Below, one piece after another: positions 9,143-18,352 of a stretch of 64,000 nt of DNA. Positions within the stretch are counted from its first letter, which is position 1, and the number at the start of each line of letters is the position of its first letter. Made by a program: the position numbers and the translations under genes. A model generated the notes under the pieces. It had not been told where the DNA came from and searched no databases. It worked only from the letters and a program-made list of their open reading frames with translations. The DNA comes from Candidatus Cloacimonadota bacterium (GTDB lineage Bacteria; Cloacimonadota; Cloacimonadia; Cloacimonadales; Cloacimonadaceae): contig JAEWNJ010000115.1 of assembly GCA_023392795.1 (NCBI GenBank), forward strand, positions 10,952 to 74,951. Reading direction: 5' to 3'.

Positions 9143-9369
9143 CGTATCATATACAAGATAGCAAGGGGTAGATCATTGAGAGTTGAGAATTGAGAATTGG
9201 CTGCGCACACTGATAGATAGAGGGTTTTTGGCATAGGGCAGTGTACAATGAAGAATGAAGAACCCGCAACGCATAACGCATAACCCTTAACATAATGATA
9301 CAATGCAACTAAGGCTCACACCCCCGCGCAACCTGAAAACCTGAAAACTCGAAAACCTGAAAACACCAA

Positions 9370-9436
9370 AGGCTGATCGATGGAACCTATCTACAGAAAC
9401 GCTCCGCCAAACTTTAGCTACTTGGTTTGAGAGTGA
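9370..9436. repeat. direct repeat copy 2
   Basis: AGGCTGATCGATGGAACCTATCTACAGAAACGCTCCGCCAAACTTTAGCTACTTGGTTTGAGAGTGA, homologous to 8954-9022. Confidence 0.8.
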
Positions 9437-9518
9437 GCCTTGTAACATAAATCTTGACATTCTGCTCTTCGTGTAAACAATTGTTCATATGCTCACACAG
9501 GATATCAAAGAAGGAGAT

Positions 9519-11558
9519 ATGATGACGCAAGTAGTGCCAAGCTATCCGATTACGCCCAAAGAAGATGTTACTGAAGACCACTTTGGAATCAGGATCGAAG
9601 ATCCCTACCGCAAGCTGGAGAATGACAGATCTGAGGCAACCGTTGCCTGGCTAAAAGAGCAACAGGCCGTCACGGATGATTTTCTAAGCCGGTATCCTCA
9701 TCGCAAAGCTATGTTGGAGCGTCTAAAGGAACTGATCGATTACCCCAAACAAAGCGTCCCTTTCAAGATGGGGGATTGGTATTATTACAGCAGAAATGAC
9801 GGACTCCAGAATCAGTGGGTGCTCTATCGTAAAGCCTCTTTAGACGGGGTGGAAGAAGTATTCCTGGATCCAAACACGCTTTCTGAAGATGGCACCACCA
9901 GGGCTTCATGGTGCGGGTATTCAAAGGATTATCGTTACTTTTCCTTTATGGTTTCACCTTCCGGCGCAGATGCCGGCGAGATTTGGACATTGGATAGCAG
10001 AACCAAGGCATTTTTACCGGATAAGATCACCAATGTACGCCATTCTGGTGCGTCCTGGTGGAAGGATGGATTCTTCTACTCCCGTTATGATAATAAGCAG
10101 GACTATCAGAGCCAGGATGCCAACATGAAGATCTATTATCATACACTCGGCGAGGGCACAGCTCAAGATAGACTGATCTATCAAGATCCCGATAATCCCC
10201 TGCGCTTTCACCACATCTGGGTATCGGACGACGAAAAGACGATGTTCCTTCACAGTTCCGAGGGTACTCGGGGCACGCGAATCTTGTATCGGGCTGTGGA
10301 TGGTGATACAGAGTGGAAGACGCTGTTCGAAGGTTTCGAATACGACGCGTATCTGTTTGATTCCTACGATGAAGGTTTTGTATATCTATTCACGAACAAG
10401 AACGCGCCAAATTTCCGCTTACTGAAGGTAGATCTTGCCAATCCGCAGGAAGAACACTGGCAGGAGATCATTCCCGAACGGGACTATGTTCTAGATAGCG
10501 CTCAAATAGCCGGAGGCAAACTGCTGGCGATCTTTACTAAAGATGTAAGCTCCCAGATCGAGGTCTTTGATACTGCAGGTAACTTTCTGTATCCCATCCC
10601 GATGCCTTACCAGGGAGCGGCATATCTGCATGTGCTGAAGAAAGAAGAAGATGAAGCGTATTTTGGCTTTGATTCCTTCATCCATCCCCATGAATACTAT
10701 CATTATGATATCAAAGATAATAAACTCACTTACTTCCACAGCGATCCCATAAAGGCAGATGTAAGCAAGATCGTGAGCGAACAGGTCTTTTATCCTTCTC
10801 TGGATGGTACCATGATCCCGCTTACCATCATTTATCGGGAGGGGATGCTAAGAAACGGTCTCAATCCCTGCCTGCTCTATGGATATGGTGGTTTCAGTAT
10901 CTCGCTGATGCCTTCATTCAGCGATACCCGGGTAGCCTTGCTGGAAAAAGGATTCATCTATGCCATTGCCAATCTGCGTGGGGGTAATGAATATGGCGAA
11001 GCCTGGCACGAAGCAGGTATGAAACTGCAAAAGCAGAATGTCTTTGACGATTTCATTGCGGCAGCCGAGTATCTGATCCGGGAAGGATATACCTCCTCCC
11101 AAAAGCTTGCCATCAATGGCGGCTCAAATGGGGGACTGCTGGTGGGAGCCTGCCTTACGCAGCGTCCTGATCTGTATAAAGTGGCTGTGCCTCAGATGGG
11201 AGTACTGGATATGCTGCGTTACCACAAGTTTACTTGCGGTTGGGGATGGATGAAGGAATATGGCAATCCCGAAGAAGCAGAGCACTTCAAGAACCTGCTG
11301 GCATACTCTCCGCTACACAACATCAAAGCTGGGCAGAAGTATCCTGCCACCATGATCACTACCGCTGATCACGATGATAGAGTGATACCGGGACACTCCT
11401 TCAAATTCGCCGCAACCCTGCAGGAAAAAGCCGATCCGGGCAATCCAGTACTGCTTTACACTCAGTTTCAATCATCTCACGGCCCCAGCAGCACCACCAA
11501 GAGCCTGGAATTGATAGCCGATGTATATAGCTTCATCTGCATGACTATGGGAGTGTGA
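9519..11558 (+). CDS. prolyl oligopeptidase (S9A serine peptidase)
   Basis: N-terminal propeller plus C-terminal hydrolase with the GGSNGGLL serine motif and the ADHDDRV and HGPS region. GAAGGAG precedes ATG 9519/9522; the track start 9489 lacks an SD. Confidence 0.85.
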   Translation: MMTQVVPSYPITPKEDVTEDHFGIRIEDPYRKLENDRSEATVAWLKEQQAVTDDFLSRYPHRKAMLERLKELIDYPKQSVPFKMGDWYYYSRNDGLQNQWVLYRKASLDGVEEVFLDPNTLSEDGTTRASWCGYSKDYRYFSFMVSPSGADAGEIWTLDSRTKAFLPDKITNVRHSGASWWKDGFFYSRYDNKQDYQSQDANMKIYYHTLGEGTAQDRLIYQDPDNPLRFHHIWVSDDEKTMFLHSSEGTRGTRILYRAVDGDTEWKTLFEGFEYDAYLFDSYDEGFVYLFTNKNAPNFRLLKVDLANPQEEHWQEIIPERDYVLDSAQIAGGKLLAIFTKDVSSQIEVFDTAGNFLYPIPMPYQGAAYLHVLKKEEDEAYFGFDSFIHPHEYYHYDIKDNKLTYFHSDPIKADVSKIVSEQVFYPSLDGTMIPLTIIYREGMLRNGLNPCLLYGYGGFSISLMPSFSDTRVALLEKGFIYAIANLRGGNEYGEAWHEAGMKLQKQNVFDDFIAAAEYLIREGYTSSQKLAINGGSNGGLLVGACLTQRPDLYKVAVPQMGVLDMLRYHKFTCGWGWMKEYGNPEEAEHFKNLLAYSPLHNIKAGQKYPATMITTADHDDRVIPGHSFKFAATLQEKADPGNPVLLYTQFQSSHGPSSTTKSLELIADVYSFICMTMGV

Positions 11559-11612
11559 TTTGTGAGAACTGAGGAAAGATTATCAGTACCAAACCAGTAA
11601 TAAGGAGTTACG

Positions 11613-11984
11613 ATGCAATTAGGAGCTTTTTCGATCAGTCTGAGCGTGAAGGACATCAAAGCCTCTGAGGCTTTTTACACCAAGCTCGGTTTTACCACAT
11701 TGGGTGGAGATATCTCGCAGAAATGGTTGATCCTGCGCAATGGAGACACTGTGATTGGGTTGTTTCAAGGCATGTTTTCCGGCAATCTGCTCACTTTCAA
11801 TCCGGGCTGGGCTCAATCTGCCCAAAACCTTGATTCATTTACTGATATCAGGGAGTTGAGACAGCTTATGGAGAAGCAGGGATTGGGTCCCACGGCTCTG
11901 GATAATGATACTGAGTCAGGCCCCGCCAGCTTCACTATTACTGATCCTGACGGCAACATGATCCTGTTTGATCAGCACCGATAG
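11613..11984 (+). CDS. VOC/glyoxalase-bleomycin resistance family protein
   Basis: 123 aa. The pattern FSISLSVKDIKASEAFYTKLGF...ITDPDGNMILFDQH is typical of VOC fold proteins. Confidence 0.6.
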   Translation: MQLGAFSISLSVKDIKASEAFYTKLGFTTLGGDISQKWLILRNGDTVIGLFQGMFSGNLLTFNPGWAQSAQNLDSFTDIRELRQLMEKQGLGPTALDNDTESGPASFTITDPDGNMILFDQHR

Positions 11985-12019
11985 CCAAGGGGATTTTTTA
12001 ATCAAATGAGGTATGCTGT

Positions 12020-12775
12020 TTGAATCTACGAATAGCCGCAGCGGTGTTTCCTCCTGTTACGCACTCCAACGGTGCCATTCAAAGGATGCTAGAGCAGGTG
12101 GAAAAGGCTAAAAGTCAGAATTGCGATCTGATCATGTTCCCTGAAGCAGTATTGGGGGGATTGGACACCTTGGGGGATTATCAGTCTGATCTGGAGATAT
12201 CATATCAGGAAGACTCTCCTGAACTACGGCGCATCAGGGACTTTACCAAAAGAGAATCCATCGGCATTGGATTCGGATTTCTGGAAAACGCCGATGGATT
12301 CATCTATGATGCATACCTGATCTACGATCATACCGGAGAGCTTTGTCTGCATTATCGCAGAATTTCCGACACCTGGATGCCCTCTGAGGTATCCCGTGAT
12401 CATTATGCTTGCGGTGAAGAGCTACTGATCAGTGACACTGCGTATGGCAGGCTTGGCGTCCTGCTCTGCGGCGATTTGTTCGATGAGGAGCTAGTTCAGC
12501 AATTGTGCAGCCAGAAGCCAAACCTGTGTTTACATCCCATGGCGCGCGCATTTCCATTGACCGATGATATTCAGCAGAGCTGGGATGAGCAGGAGTTTCC
12601 CTTTTATCTGGAAGAATACTGCAAGCTCAAGACCGATGTTCTGGTCTGCAATATGCTGGATTTTACGCCAGATGTTGGCGCTATCTATTGTGGTGGAGCC
12701 TGGTTCATCCGGAATGGTCAGGTGCATAGCAGCTTGCCCTTGATGCAGCAAGGGCTGCTAATTGTTGATATATAA
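12020..12775 (+). CDS. carbon-nitrogen hydrolase (nitrilase superfamily) protein
   Basis: TTG start. Catalytic context FPEAVLGG (Glu) and VLLCGDLF (Cys). Confidence 0.6.
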   Translation: MNLRIAAAVFPPVTHSNGAIQRMLEQVEKAKSQNCDLIMFPEAVLGGLDTLGDYQSDLEISYQEDSPELRRIRDFTKRESIGIGFGFLENADGFIYDAYLIYDHTGELCLHYRRISDTWMPSEVSRDHYACGEELLISDTAYGRLGVLLCGDLFDEELVQQLCSQKPNLCLHPMARAFPLTDDIQQSWDEQEFPFYLEEYCKLKTDVLVCNMLDFTPDVGAIYCGGAWFIRNGQVHSSLPLMQQGLLIVDI

Positions 12776-12799
12776 ATCCAAAATGTAAGGAGAATAAAC

Positions 12800-13246
12800 A
12801 TGAGAGAATCAAAAGACTATCTATGTTACTGCGGTCTATACTGCAAGATGTGCAGCATTGTAAATGGACTGCCTCAGGCTGCGCGCTCCCTGCATCAGAT
12901 CATGCTGGAAGATGGCTGGGAAGGTTTTGGTAGCTTTATGTATCCGGAGTTTGGCGATTTTTGGAAAGTGCTGACTGAACTGAAGGAAATGGACAGCACT
13001 TCGCCCCTCTGCATCGGCGGTTGTGGTAATCCAGCTTGTGAAATCCGCATCTGCGCAAAGACAAAAGGCTTGGACGTTTGCGCGTTTTGCGACGAATATC
13101 CCTGTGCCAAACTAAGGGCTTTTACCGATGCCTATCCCTTTATTCTGAAGAATAATGAGCGGATCAGAGAAATCGGTATCGAGGCTTGGTTAAAGGAACA
13201 AGACGAACTGGTAGCCAGGGGAGTTACCCATAAAAGCCTGAAATAG
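12800..13246 (+). CDS. DUF3795-like cysteine-rich protein
   Basis: CYCGLYCKMCS near the N-terminus, plus CIGGCGNPACEIRIC and CAFCDEYPC clusters. AAGGAG precedes the ATG. Confidence 0.55.
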   Translation: MRESKDYLCYCGLYCKMCSIVNGLPQAARSLHQIMLEDGWEGFGSFMYPEFGDFWKVLTELKEMDSTSPLCIGGCGNPACEIRICAKTKGLDVCAFCDEYPCAKLRAFTDAYPFILKNNERIREIGIEAWLKEQDELVARGVTHKSLK

Positions 13247-13565
13247 CTTCTCTTTACCGAAAGCTCCAGCGCTCATCCTTGTATTTGAAGGATCCGGAGC
13301 CCGGTACATTCAACTCATTGTCTGATACATACCAGTCTTCAGGCCCGTGAAAGATGGCATTTGACCCTTTCATGGCCTCAGTGCTTTGAGCTGTGTATAC
13401 GCGCATTCCGGGCTTGGATACCTGACTGGACTGACGGTACAGAATGGATTGATCTACCTCACGCGGATTACGCGGATGACGCGGATTTAGTGACAAAACG
13501 GCTGTGCATGGAAGATGGAAACCTGACAGGACTGACAGAACTGAAAAACTAAAGGACAATTCTGC

Positions 13566-13594
13566 TTGACAATTGAGGTGACTTGCTCTAAATG
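13566..13594 (+). promoter_or_regulatory. candidate sigma70-type promoter for the Cache-domain gene
   Basis: TTGACA (13566-13571), 17-nt spacer, TAAATG (13589-13594), 43 nt upstream of ATG 13637. Confidence 0.4.
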
Positions 13595-13636
13595 GCGGGC
13601 GTTTCATAGATCAAACAACAATAGAAGGAGTAAACA

Positions 13637-14152
13637 ATGCTTTTCAGTTTCAGAACCCGTGATTTGGTGATCTGCGCTTTAGCGCTACTCACGTTTTGCG
13701 TAATGCCTCTATTCGCTCAGGACAAAATAGAGCTTGAAGTACAGCGGGAGGTCCTGGTCAATAGCACTCAGGTCGCGGCTCAGGGCCTAAGTGGTCTTCT
13801 TAGTAATCTGGATCCCAAAGAGCACATAGAGATATGCCGCGATTTTATCAGGCAAATCCGATACTTTGACGACAAATCAGGTTACTTCTACATCTACGAC
13901 ATGAAGGGTGTGAATATCGCCCATGCCACCCAGCCCGAAAATGAAGGGAAGGACCTCTTTGAATACCGCGATTCCAAGGGTAATCTCCTGATTCAGGGCT
14001 TGATCAAAGCTGCCGCCGAGGGGGGAGGCTTTGTGGATTTCTGGTGGGAAAACCCGCTCACTGAAAAAGAAGAAAAGAAGTTAGGTTACGCCGTACCGAT
14101 CAAGGGAACAGATTTTTTTATCGGCTCCGGCATTTATGTGGAACAAGAGTAG
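13637..14152 (+). CDS. secreted stand-alone Cache-like (sCache_2-type) sensor domain protein
   Basis: Signal peptide. YFYIYDMKGVNIAHATQPENEGKDL and GGGFVDFWWENP motifs resemble single-Cache domains. No output domain. Confidence 0.5.
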   Translation: MLFSFRTRDLVICALALLTFCVMPLFAQDKIELEVQREVLVNSTQVAAQGLSGLLSNLDPKEHIEICRDFIRQIRYFDDKSGYFYIYDMKGVNIAHATQPENEGKDLFEYRDSKGNLLIQGLIKAAAEGGGFVDFWWENPLTEKEEKKLGYAVPIKGTDFFIGSGIYVEQE

Positions 14153-14255
14153 ATGAATTCACGAATCCAATCAGTTTCGGGAATCTTGCGGCCAGTGAAA
14201 GACGCCTGTAGGTGATCCAGCTCATTGGATCAGCGCATTTGGACTTGACAAAAAG

Positions 14256-14282
14256 TTAGCAGTCTAAAAAAGTGTTTGCTAA
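14256..14282 (+). promoter_or_regulatory. CIRCE-like HrcA operator upstream of groES
   Basis: TTAGCAGTC-N9-GTTTGCTAA against consensus TTAGCACTC-N9-GAGTGCTAA (1+2 mismatches). Overlaps TTGACA at 14245 and lies 60 nt before groES. Confidence 0.65.
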
Positions 14283-14341
14283 GAACATGCTTCTGACTAT
14301 AATAGAGTATAGCAAGCTTAAGATAACAAATGGAGGTTATT

Positions 14342-14614
14342 ATGAAACTGAGACCCATTGAAGATCATGTTGTGGTTAAAATTGCCGCGGCAGCCCAGGA
14401 AAAGACTATTGGTGGCATTATCATCCCGGATACTGCCAAGGAAAAACCCCAAATTGCCGAGATCGTAGCGGTCGGAACTGATGAAGACCTGCAAAAGATC
14501 GTCAAGGTGGGCGATAAAGTTCTCTATGGCAAGTATGCCGGAACCGAGATCGAACTCGACGGAATCAAATACCTCATTCTTTCCAAGAGCGACATCCTGG
14601 CAGTAGTCGAGTAG
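14342..14614 (+). CDS. groES: co-chaperonin GroES
   Basis: [13 protein letters not shown]...[13 protein letters not shown]...[18 protein letters not shown] lies 5 nt before ATG 14342. Confidence 0.9.
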   Translation: MKLRPIEDHVVVKIAAAAQEKTIGGIIIPDTAKEKPQIAEIVAVGTDEDLQKIVKVGDKVLYGKYAGTEIELDGIKYLILSKSDILAVVE

Positions 14615-14620
14615 GGCATC

Positions 14621-14941
14621 ATGGCTATTACGGAAGTAAAGACCGATACCTTTGAAGCCGAGGTCCTAAAGAGCGATATCCCTGTTCTGGTGGATTTCTG
14701 GGCTCCCTGGTGTGGTCCCTGTAAAGCCCTCATCCCCATAATTCAGAAACTTGCAGATGAAGTGGATGGCAAAGTGAAAGTATGCAAGGTGAATATCGAT
14801 GAAAGCCCTGATATTGCGTCTAAATACTCCATCATGTCCATTCCTACACTGTTGGTCTTTGTCGGCGGTACAGTCAGCGACCAATTGGTCGGACTTGTGC
14901 AAAAAGACAAGATCATGGACAAGCTGAAACCTCATATGTAA
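14621..14941 (+). CDS. trxA: thioredoxin
   Basis: WAPWCGPCK active site. 106 aa. Starts 6 nt after the groES stop. Confidence 0.9.
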   Translation: MAITEVKTDTFEAEVLKSDIPVLVDFWAPWCGPCKALIPIIQKLADEVDGKVKVCKVNIDESPDIASKYSIMSIPTLLVFVGGTVSDQLVGLVQKDKIMDKLKPHM

Positions 14942-14966
14942 AGATATCGACCAGACCTTTGAGATA

Positions 14967-14990
14967 GGGGACAGTATTCTGTCCCCTTTC
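14967..14990 (+). terminator. intrinsic terminator after trxA
   Basis: GGGGACAG (14967-14974)/CTGTCCCC (14979-14986) stem with a 4-nt loop, followed by TTTCC. Confidence 0.6.
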
Positions 14991-15110
14991 CTTATCTCTG
15001 GTGCAAGAGATTTGCTTGGTGAGACGTGACAAAACGCTTGACTTAATTGGCAGGGCAAAAATTCTGGCGTTCTAAATGAAAAAATGTGAATATCATAAGG
15101 AGATAGATCA

Positions 15111-15245
15111 ATGAAAAGGACTTATCAGCCCTCAAACAGATCCCGTAAGAACACCCATGGCTTCCGCCTGCGGATGTCTACCAAAAACGGACGCAAAGTG
15201 CTTGCCCGTCGCAGAGCTAAAGGGAGAAAAGTACTCTGTGTATAA
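15111..15245 (+). CDS. rpmH: 50S ribosomal protein L34 (44 aa, below the ORF-track size cutoff)
   Basis: Own translation: [50 protein letters not shown] lies 8 nt upstream. Followed by rnpA. Confidence 0.9.
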   Translation: MKRTYQPSNRSRKNTHGFRLRMSTKNGRKVLARRRAKGRKVLCV

Positions 15246-15248
15246 CCC

Positions 15249-15566
15249 ATGATCCGTTGGATCAAAACCCATCAGGAATATACGGACTTTATGCAGGCAG
15301 TATCTGCTTGCCGGACGGCGCATTTCTATGCTCCAATCCTTGCTTCTGCCCAGGGATTGGCTTTGGGAATTACGATCAGCAAAAAGGTGGGAAACGCCGT
15401 GTTGCGTAACCGTCTGAAACGCAGGATCAAAGCCTGGTGCATGACGAACACTGCATCTCTGCCGCAGGATCGAAAGCTAAACATCATCGCACGCAGGGGA
15501 GCGGCTCAGCTCTCCTGGGACGAGCTTTCTGCAGAGCTACTTGCTTTGTTGGGAGCGGTGAAATGA
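15249..15566 (+). CDS. rnpA: ribonuclease P protein component
   Basis: ISKKVGNAVLRNRLKRRIK motif. Conserved position between rpmH and yidD. Confidence 0.8.
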   Translation: MIRWIKTHQEYTDFMQAVSACRTAHFYAPILASAQGLALGITISKKVGNAVLRNRLKRRIKAWCMTNTASLPQDRKLNIIARRGAAQLSWDELSAELLALLGAVK

Positions 15567-15799
15567 TCCTATCCGCTGTGTACAGCGTGCCAAATCGCCT
15601 GGTCATGCTGATCATCCGCTTTTACCAAGGCTTCATATCACCGGCTTTACCGCGCAGTTGCCGCTTTACACCAAGTTGTTCGAACTACGCTCTTCAGGCA
15701 TTTCAAAAGTATTCACTGCCCAAAGCCATGTATCTCAGCGTTTGGCGCATCTTACGCTGCAATCCCTTTTGCCGGGGTGGATACGATCCACTACCCTAA
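15563..15799 (+). CDS. yidD: membrane protein insertion efficiency factor YidD
   Basis: RFYQGFISP...CRFTPSCSNYALQA...RILRCNPF..GGYDP. ATG 15563 overlaps the rnpA stop (ATGA). The track start 15437 lies inside rnpA. Confidence 0.85.
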   Translation: MILSAVYSVPNRLVMLIIRFYQGFISPALPRSCRFTPSCSNYALQAFQKYSLPKAMYLSVWRILRCNPFCRGGYDPLP

Positions 15800-15808
15800 G
15801 GAGACATT

Positions 15809-17449
15809 TTGGATAAACGTACGATAACCGCTCTTTTGATGATGCTCGTCTTGTATCTGGCTTTCGACATGTTGGTCTGGAAACCACAACGCCAGGCCGC
15901 TCAGTTGGCCACTGCAGCTAAAACTCAGGAAGCAGACGCTCCTGTGGACAGCACTCTCCAAACAGACCCAGAAGCTGAGTATGATGCAGTGATAGCAGAT
16001 AGCCTGCTCGGCAATGCTACCGCTGTTTCCAGCATAGTGAGCCTGGAAAATGAGCATTTAATCGCGCGTTTTGATAGCAAGGGCGCTGTGATCACTTCTT
16101 TGGAACTGAAGAACTACAGCTACGATGAAAACCGTAAGGTTGATCTCGTTCCCCAAGGGGAAAACCTTGGTGGATTGAGTCTGTATCTGGGTAGCAGCAG
16201 CACTACGCTCGCCGGTACTGTGTTTGAATATCAGTTGGATGAAGCCAGGCGTGAACTGAAGTTTTACCTCGGCACTGCGGACAACCCTAATGTGGTGAAA
16301 AGCTATACATTGGACGATTCTTTCGGTCTGAAGATGGATGTAGCAGTGCAAAACATGGGTCCCGTCAGCGGGATCCGTTGGGATTTTGAAGCAGGGATTG
16401 CCGATAGCGAGAAGAATACCAAATCCAAGCATCAAGATTACCGTTTTTACCTGAATGCCGATAACAACATCATGAAGCTTGCCCTTTCCAAGATGCGCAA
16501 GAATCCCCCACAGGGCAGCTTCGGCAGCTTTGCCTGGATGGCAGTACGCAGCAAGTATTTCACCATTGCTTTGCGCGAGCAGGAACCGCCCCTGTCCCGC
16601 AGCTTTAGCAGTGTGGTGAATCCCGAAACTGCCAATCCCGGATTCAGTCTGGATAGCTTCAATCGTGGGGCCAAACAATCCTGGCAGCAGAGCTTTGTGC
16701 TCTATGCTGGCCCTGCCGATGCCAATCTCTTGAAAACTTATGGCAAGCAGATGGAAAACATCGCTGAGCGCGGAGCTAATTGGCTGCGCTGGCTGGCAAA
16801 TATCTTTGCCTGGTTCCTCACTTGGTTGCACGGCTATATCAAGAATTACGGCATCGTGATCCTCATCCTGGCGCTCATTTTGAAGGTCGTTTTGCATCCT
16901 CTGACGCATAAAAGCATGTCGGCATCGATGAAGATGCAAAAGATCCAGCCCCAATTGCAGGCCCTGCAAAAGAAGTATAAGGACGATCCCAAGACCTTGC
17001 AGCTCGAAATGAGCAAGCTTTACAAGGAAGCGGGTGCCAGTCCGCTGTCAGGATGCCTTCCTCTTCTGCTGCAGATGCCTATCTTCCTCTCATTGTACAA
17101 TGTTCTGCGTTACTCTCTGGATATGCGTAACGCCGGTTTCGGGCTTTGGCTTACCGACCTTTCCGAGCCCGATCCTTACATGATTTTACCCATCATCATG
17201 GGCGTTTTTATGGTTATCCAATCCCTGATGATGCAGCCCAAAAAAGCTGATACTGAAGAAATGGACGAAAAGCAGAAAGCCATGCAGTCATCGCAAAAGA
17301 TGATGACCTGGATGATGCCGGTCATGATGTTCTTCATCTTCCGCGGCATGCCCGCCGGATTGGTGCTTTATTGGACCACTTTCAACATCTTCTCGGTAAT
17401 CCAGCAGTATTACCTGATGAAGAATTACAAAAACAAGGATTTAGTTTAA
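15809..17449 (+). CDS. yidC: membrane protein insertase YidC
   Basis: TTG start after AAGGAGA. Large periplasmic domain plus C-terminal 60-kDa insertase core (KMQKIQPQLQALQKKYKDDP, LPLLLQMPIF). Confidence 0.9.
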   Translation: MDKRTITALLMMLVLYLAFDMLVWKPQRQAAQLATAAKTQEADAPVDSTLQTDPEAEYDAVIADSLLGNATAVSSIVSLENEHLIARFDSKGAVITSLELKNYSYDENRKVDLVPQGENLGGLSLYLGSSSTTLAGTVFEYQLDEARRELKFYLGTADNPNVVKSYTLDDSFGLKMDVAVQNMGPVSGIRWDFEAGIADSEKNTKSKHQDYRFYLNADNNIMKLALSKMRKNPPQGSFGSFAWMAVRSKYFTIALREQEPPLSRSFSSVVNPETANPGFSLDSFNRGAKQSWQQSFVLYAGPADANLLKTYGKQMENIAERGANWLRWLANIFAWFLTWLHGYIKNYGIVILILALILKVVLHPLTHKSMSASMKMQKIQPQLQALQKKYKDDPKTLQLEMSKLYKEAGASPLSGCLPLLLQMPIFLSLYNVLRYSLDMRNAGFGLWLTDLSEPDPYMILPIIMGVFMVIQSLMMQPKKADTEEMDEKQKAMQSSQKMMTWMMPVMMFFIFRGMPAGLVLYWTTFNIFSVIQQYYLMKNYKNKDLV

Positions 17450-18352
17450 ATGAATACGATCGATAAGAGCGGATTGAGCGTCGAAGACATCATCCGCGAG
17501 TTTCGCCTTGAGCACAATATACGTGATCATGAATTGAAGTATGAGATCATCAAAAGGCCTTCGAAGGGCATTTTTGGTCTCTTTGCCAATAAACTCGCCC
17601 TGGTTAGATTCCAGGTGCCGGAAAGCTCAGACCGGGTGAGGCTCTTTACCGAGACCTTGCTCAAAAAAATGGGCATCAGCTATAGCAATATCACCAGTAA
17701 GATGGAAGGGAAGACCCTGTATCTGACCATAGAAGGTATCGTGGAGACAGGATTCATCATCGGAAAGAACGGTTCCATGCTGGAAACCATCCAATATCTG
17801 GTAAATCGGGTCTTTGAAGGCGACCGCAAGCTGGAACGCATCTATCTGGACGCCGATGGCTACCGCGAACGCCGTGAATCGCAATTCCTGCACAAGTATC
17901 TGCCTCAGATCAACAAGATCAAGGTACATGGCAAGGCTTTGACCCTGGAACCCATGAGCCCCGGCGAACGCCGAATCATCCACCGTCACATTGAGCGCGA
18001 TAAAGGACTGAGAACCCTCACTATCGGTGACGGCGAAAACAAACGCATCGTGATCTTCTCCTCCAAACAGAAGGAGAGCGAAGTATTGCAACAGACCAAA
18101 CAGGATGGCAAACCGGAAGCCAGACGCAATGGTAAACCGCAAAGCCAGGAAAACGAGCCAGCGGATAAACCTGCCCGCACACCCCGTCCCCGCCCTCGCC
18201 CGGAGCAAAAGACCGAAGCCAGACCGGAAATGAAACGGAATACTAACAGGCCAAACTCCGAGCCGGATTCTGCCGACAAACCCAGAAAGCCCCGCCCGCG
18301 CAGACCCCGTCCTCCCCGCAGGGATGATGGCACACCCAGATCTGGGGACTAA
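17450..18352 (+). CDS. jag: Jag/SpoIIIJ-associated KH + R3H RNA-binding protein with Arg/Pro-rich C-terminal extension
   Basis: Position after yidC. KH-like region GFIIGKNGSMLETIQYLV. R3H region PMSPGERRIIHRHI. About 95 basic Pro/Arg-rich residues at the C-terminus. Confidence 0.75.
   Translation: MNTIDKSGLSVEDIIREFRLEHNIRDHELKYEIIKRPSKGIFGLFANKLALVRFQVPESSDRVRLFTETLLKKMGISYSNITSKMEGKTLYLTIEGIVETGFIIGKNGSMLETIQYLVNRVFEGDRKLERIYLDADGYRERRESQFLHKYLPQINKIKVHGKALTLEPMSPGERRIIHRHIERDKGLRTLTIGDGENKRIVIFSSKQKESEVLQQTKQDGKPEARRNGKPQSQENEPADKPARTPRPRPRPEQKTEARPEMKRNTNRPNSEPDSADKPRKPRPRRPRPPRRDDGTPRSGD

Noticed and set aside
13254-13607. 117-aa minus-strand ORF in the spacer before the Cache-domain gene (similarly 8977-9303(-) and 8572-8811(+))
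   Set aside because: They run through microrepeats, intron RNA domains or a candidate promoter. They have no SD and no recognisable motifs.
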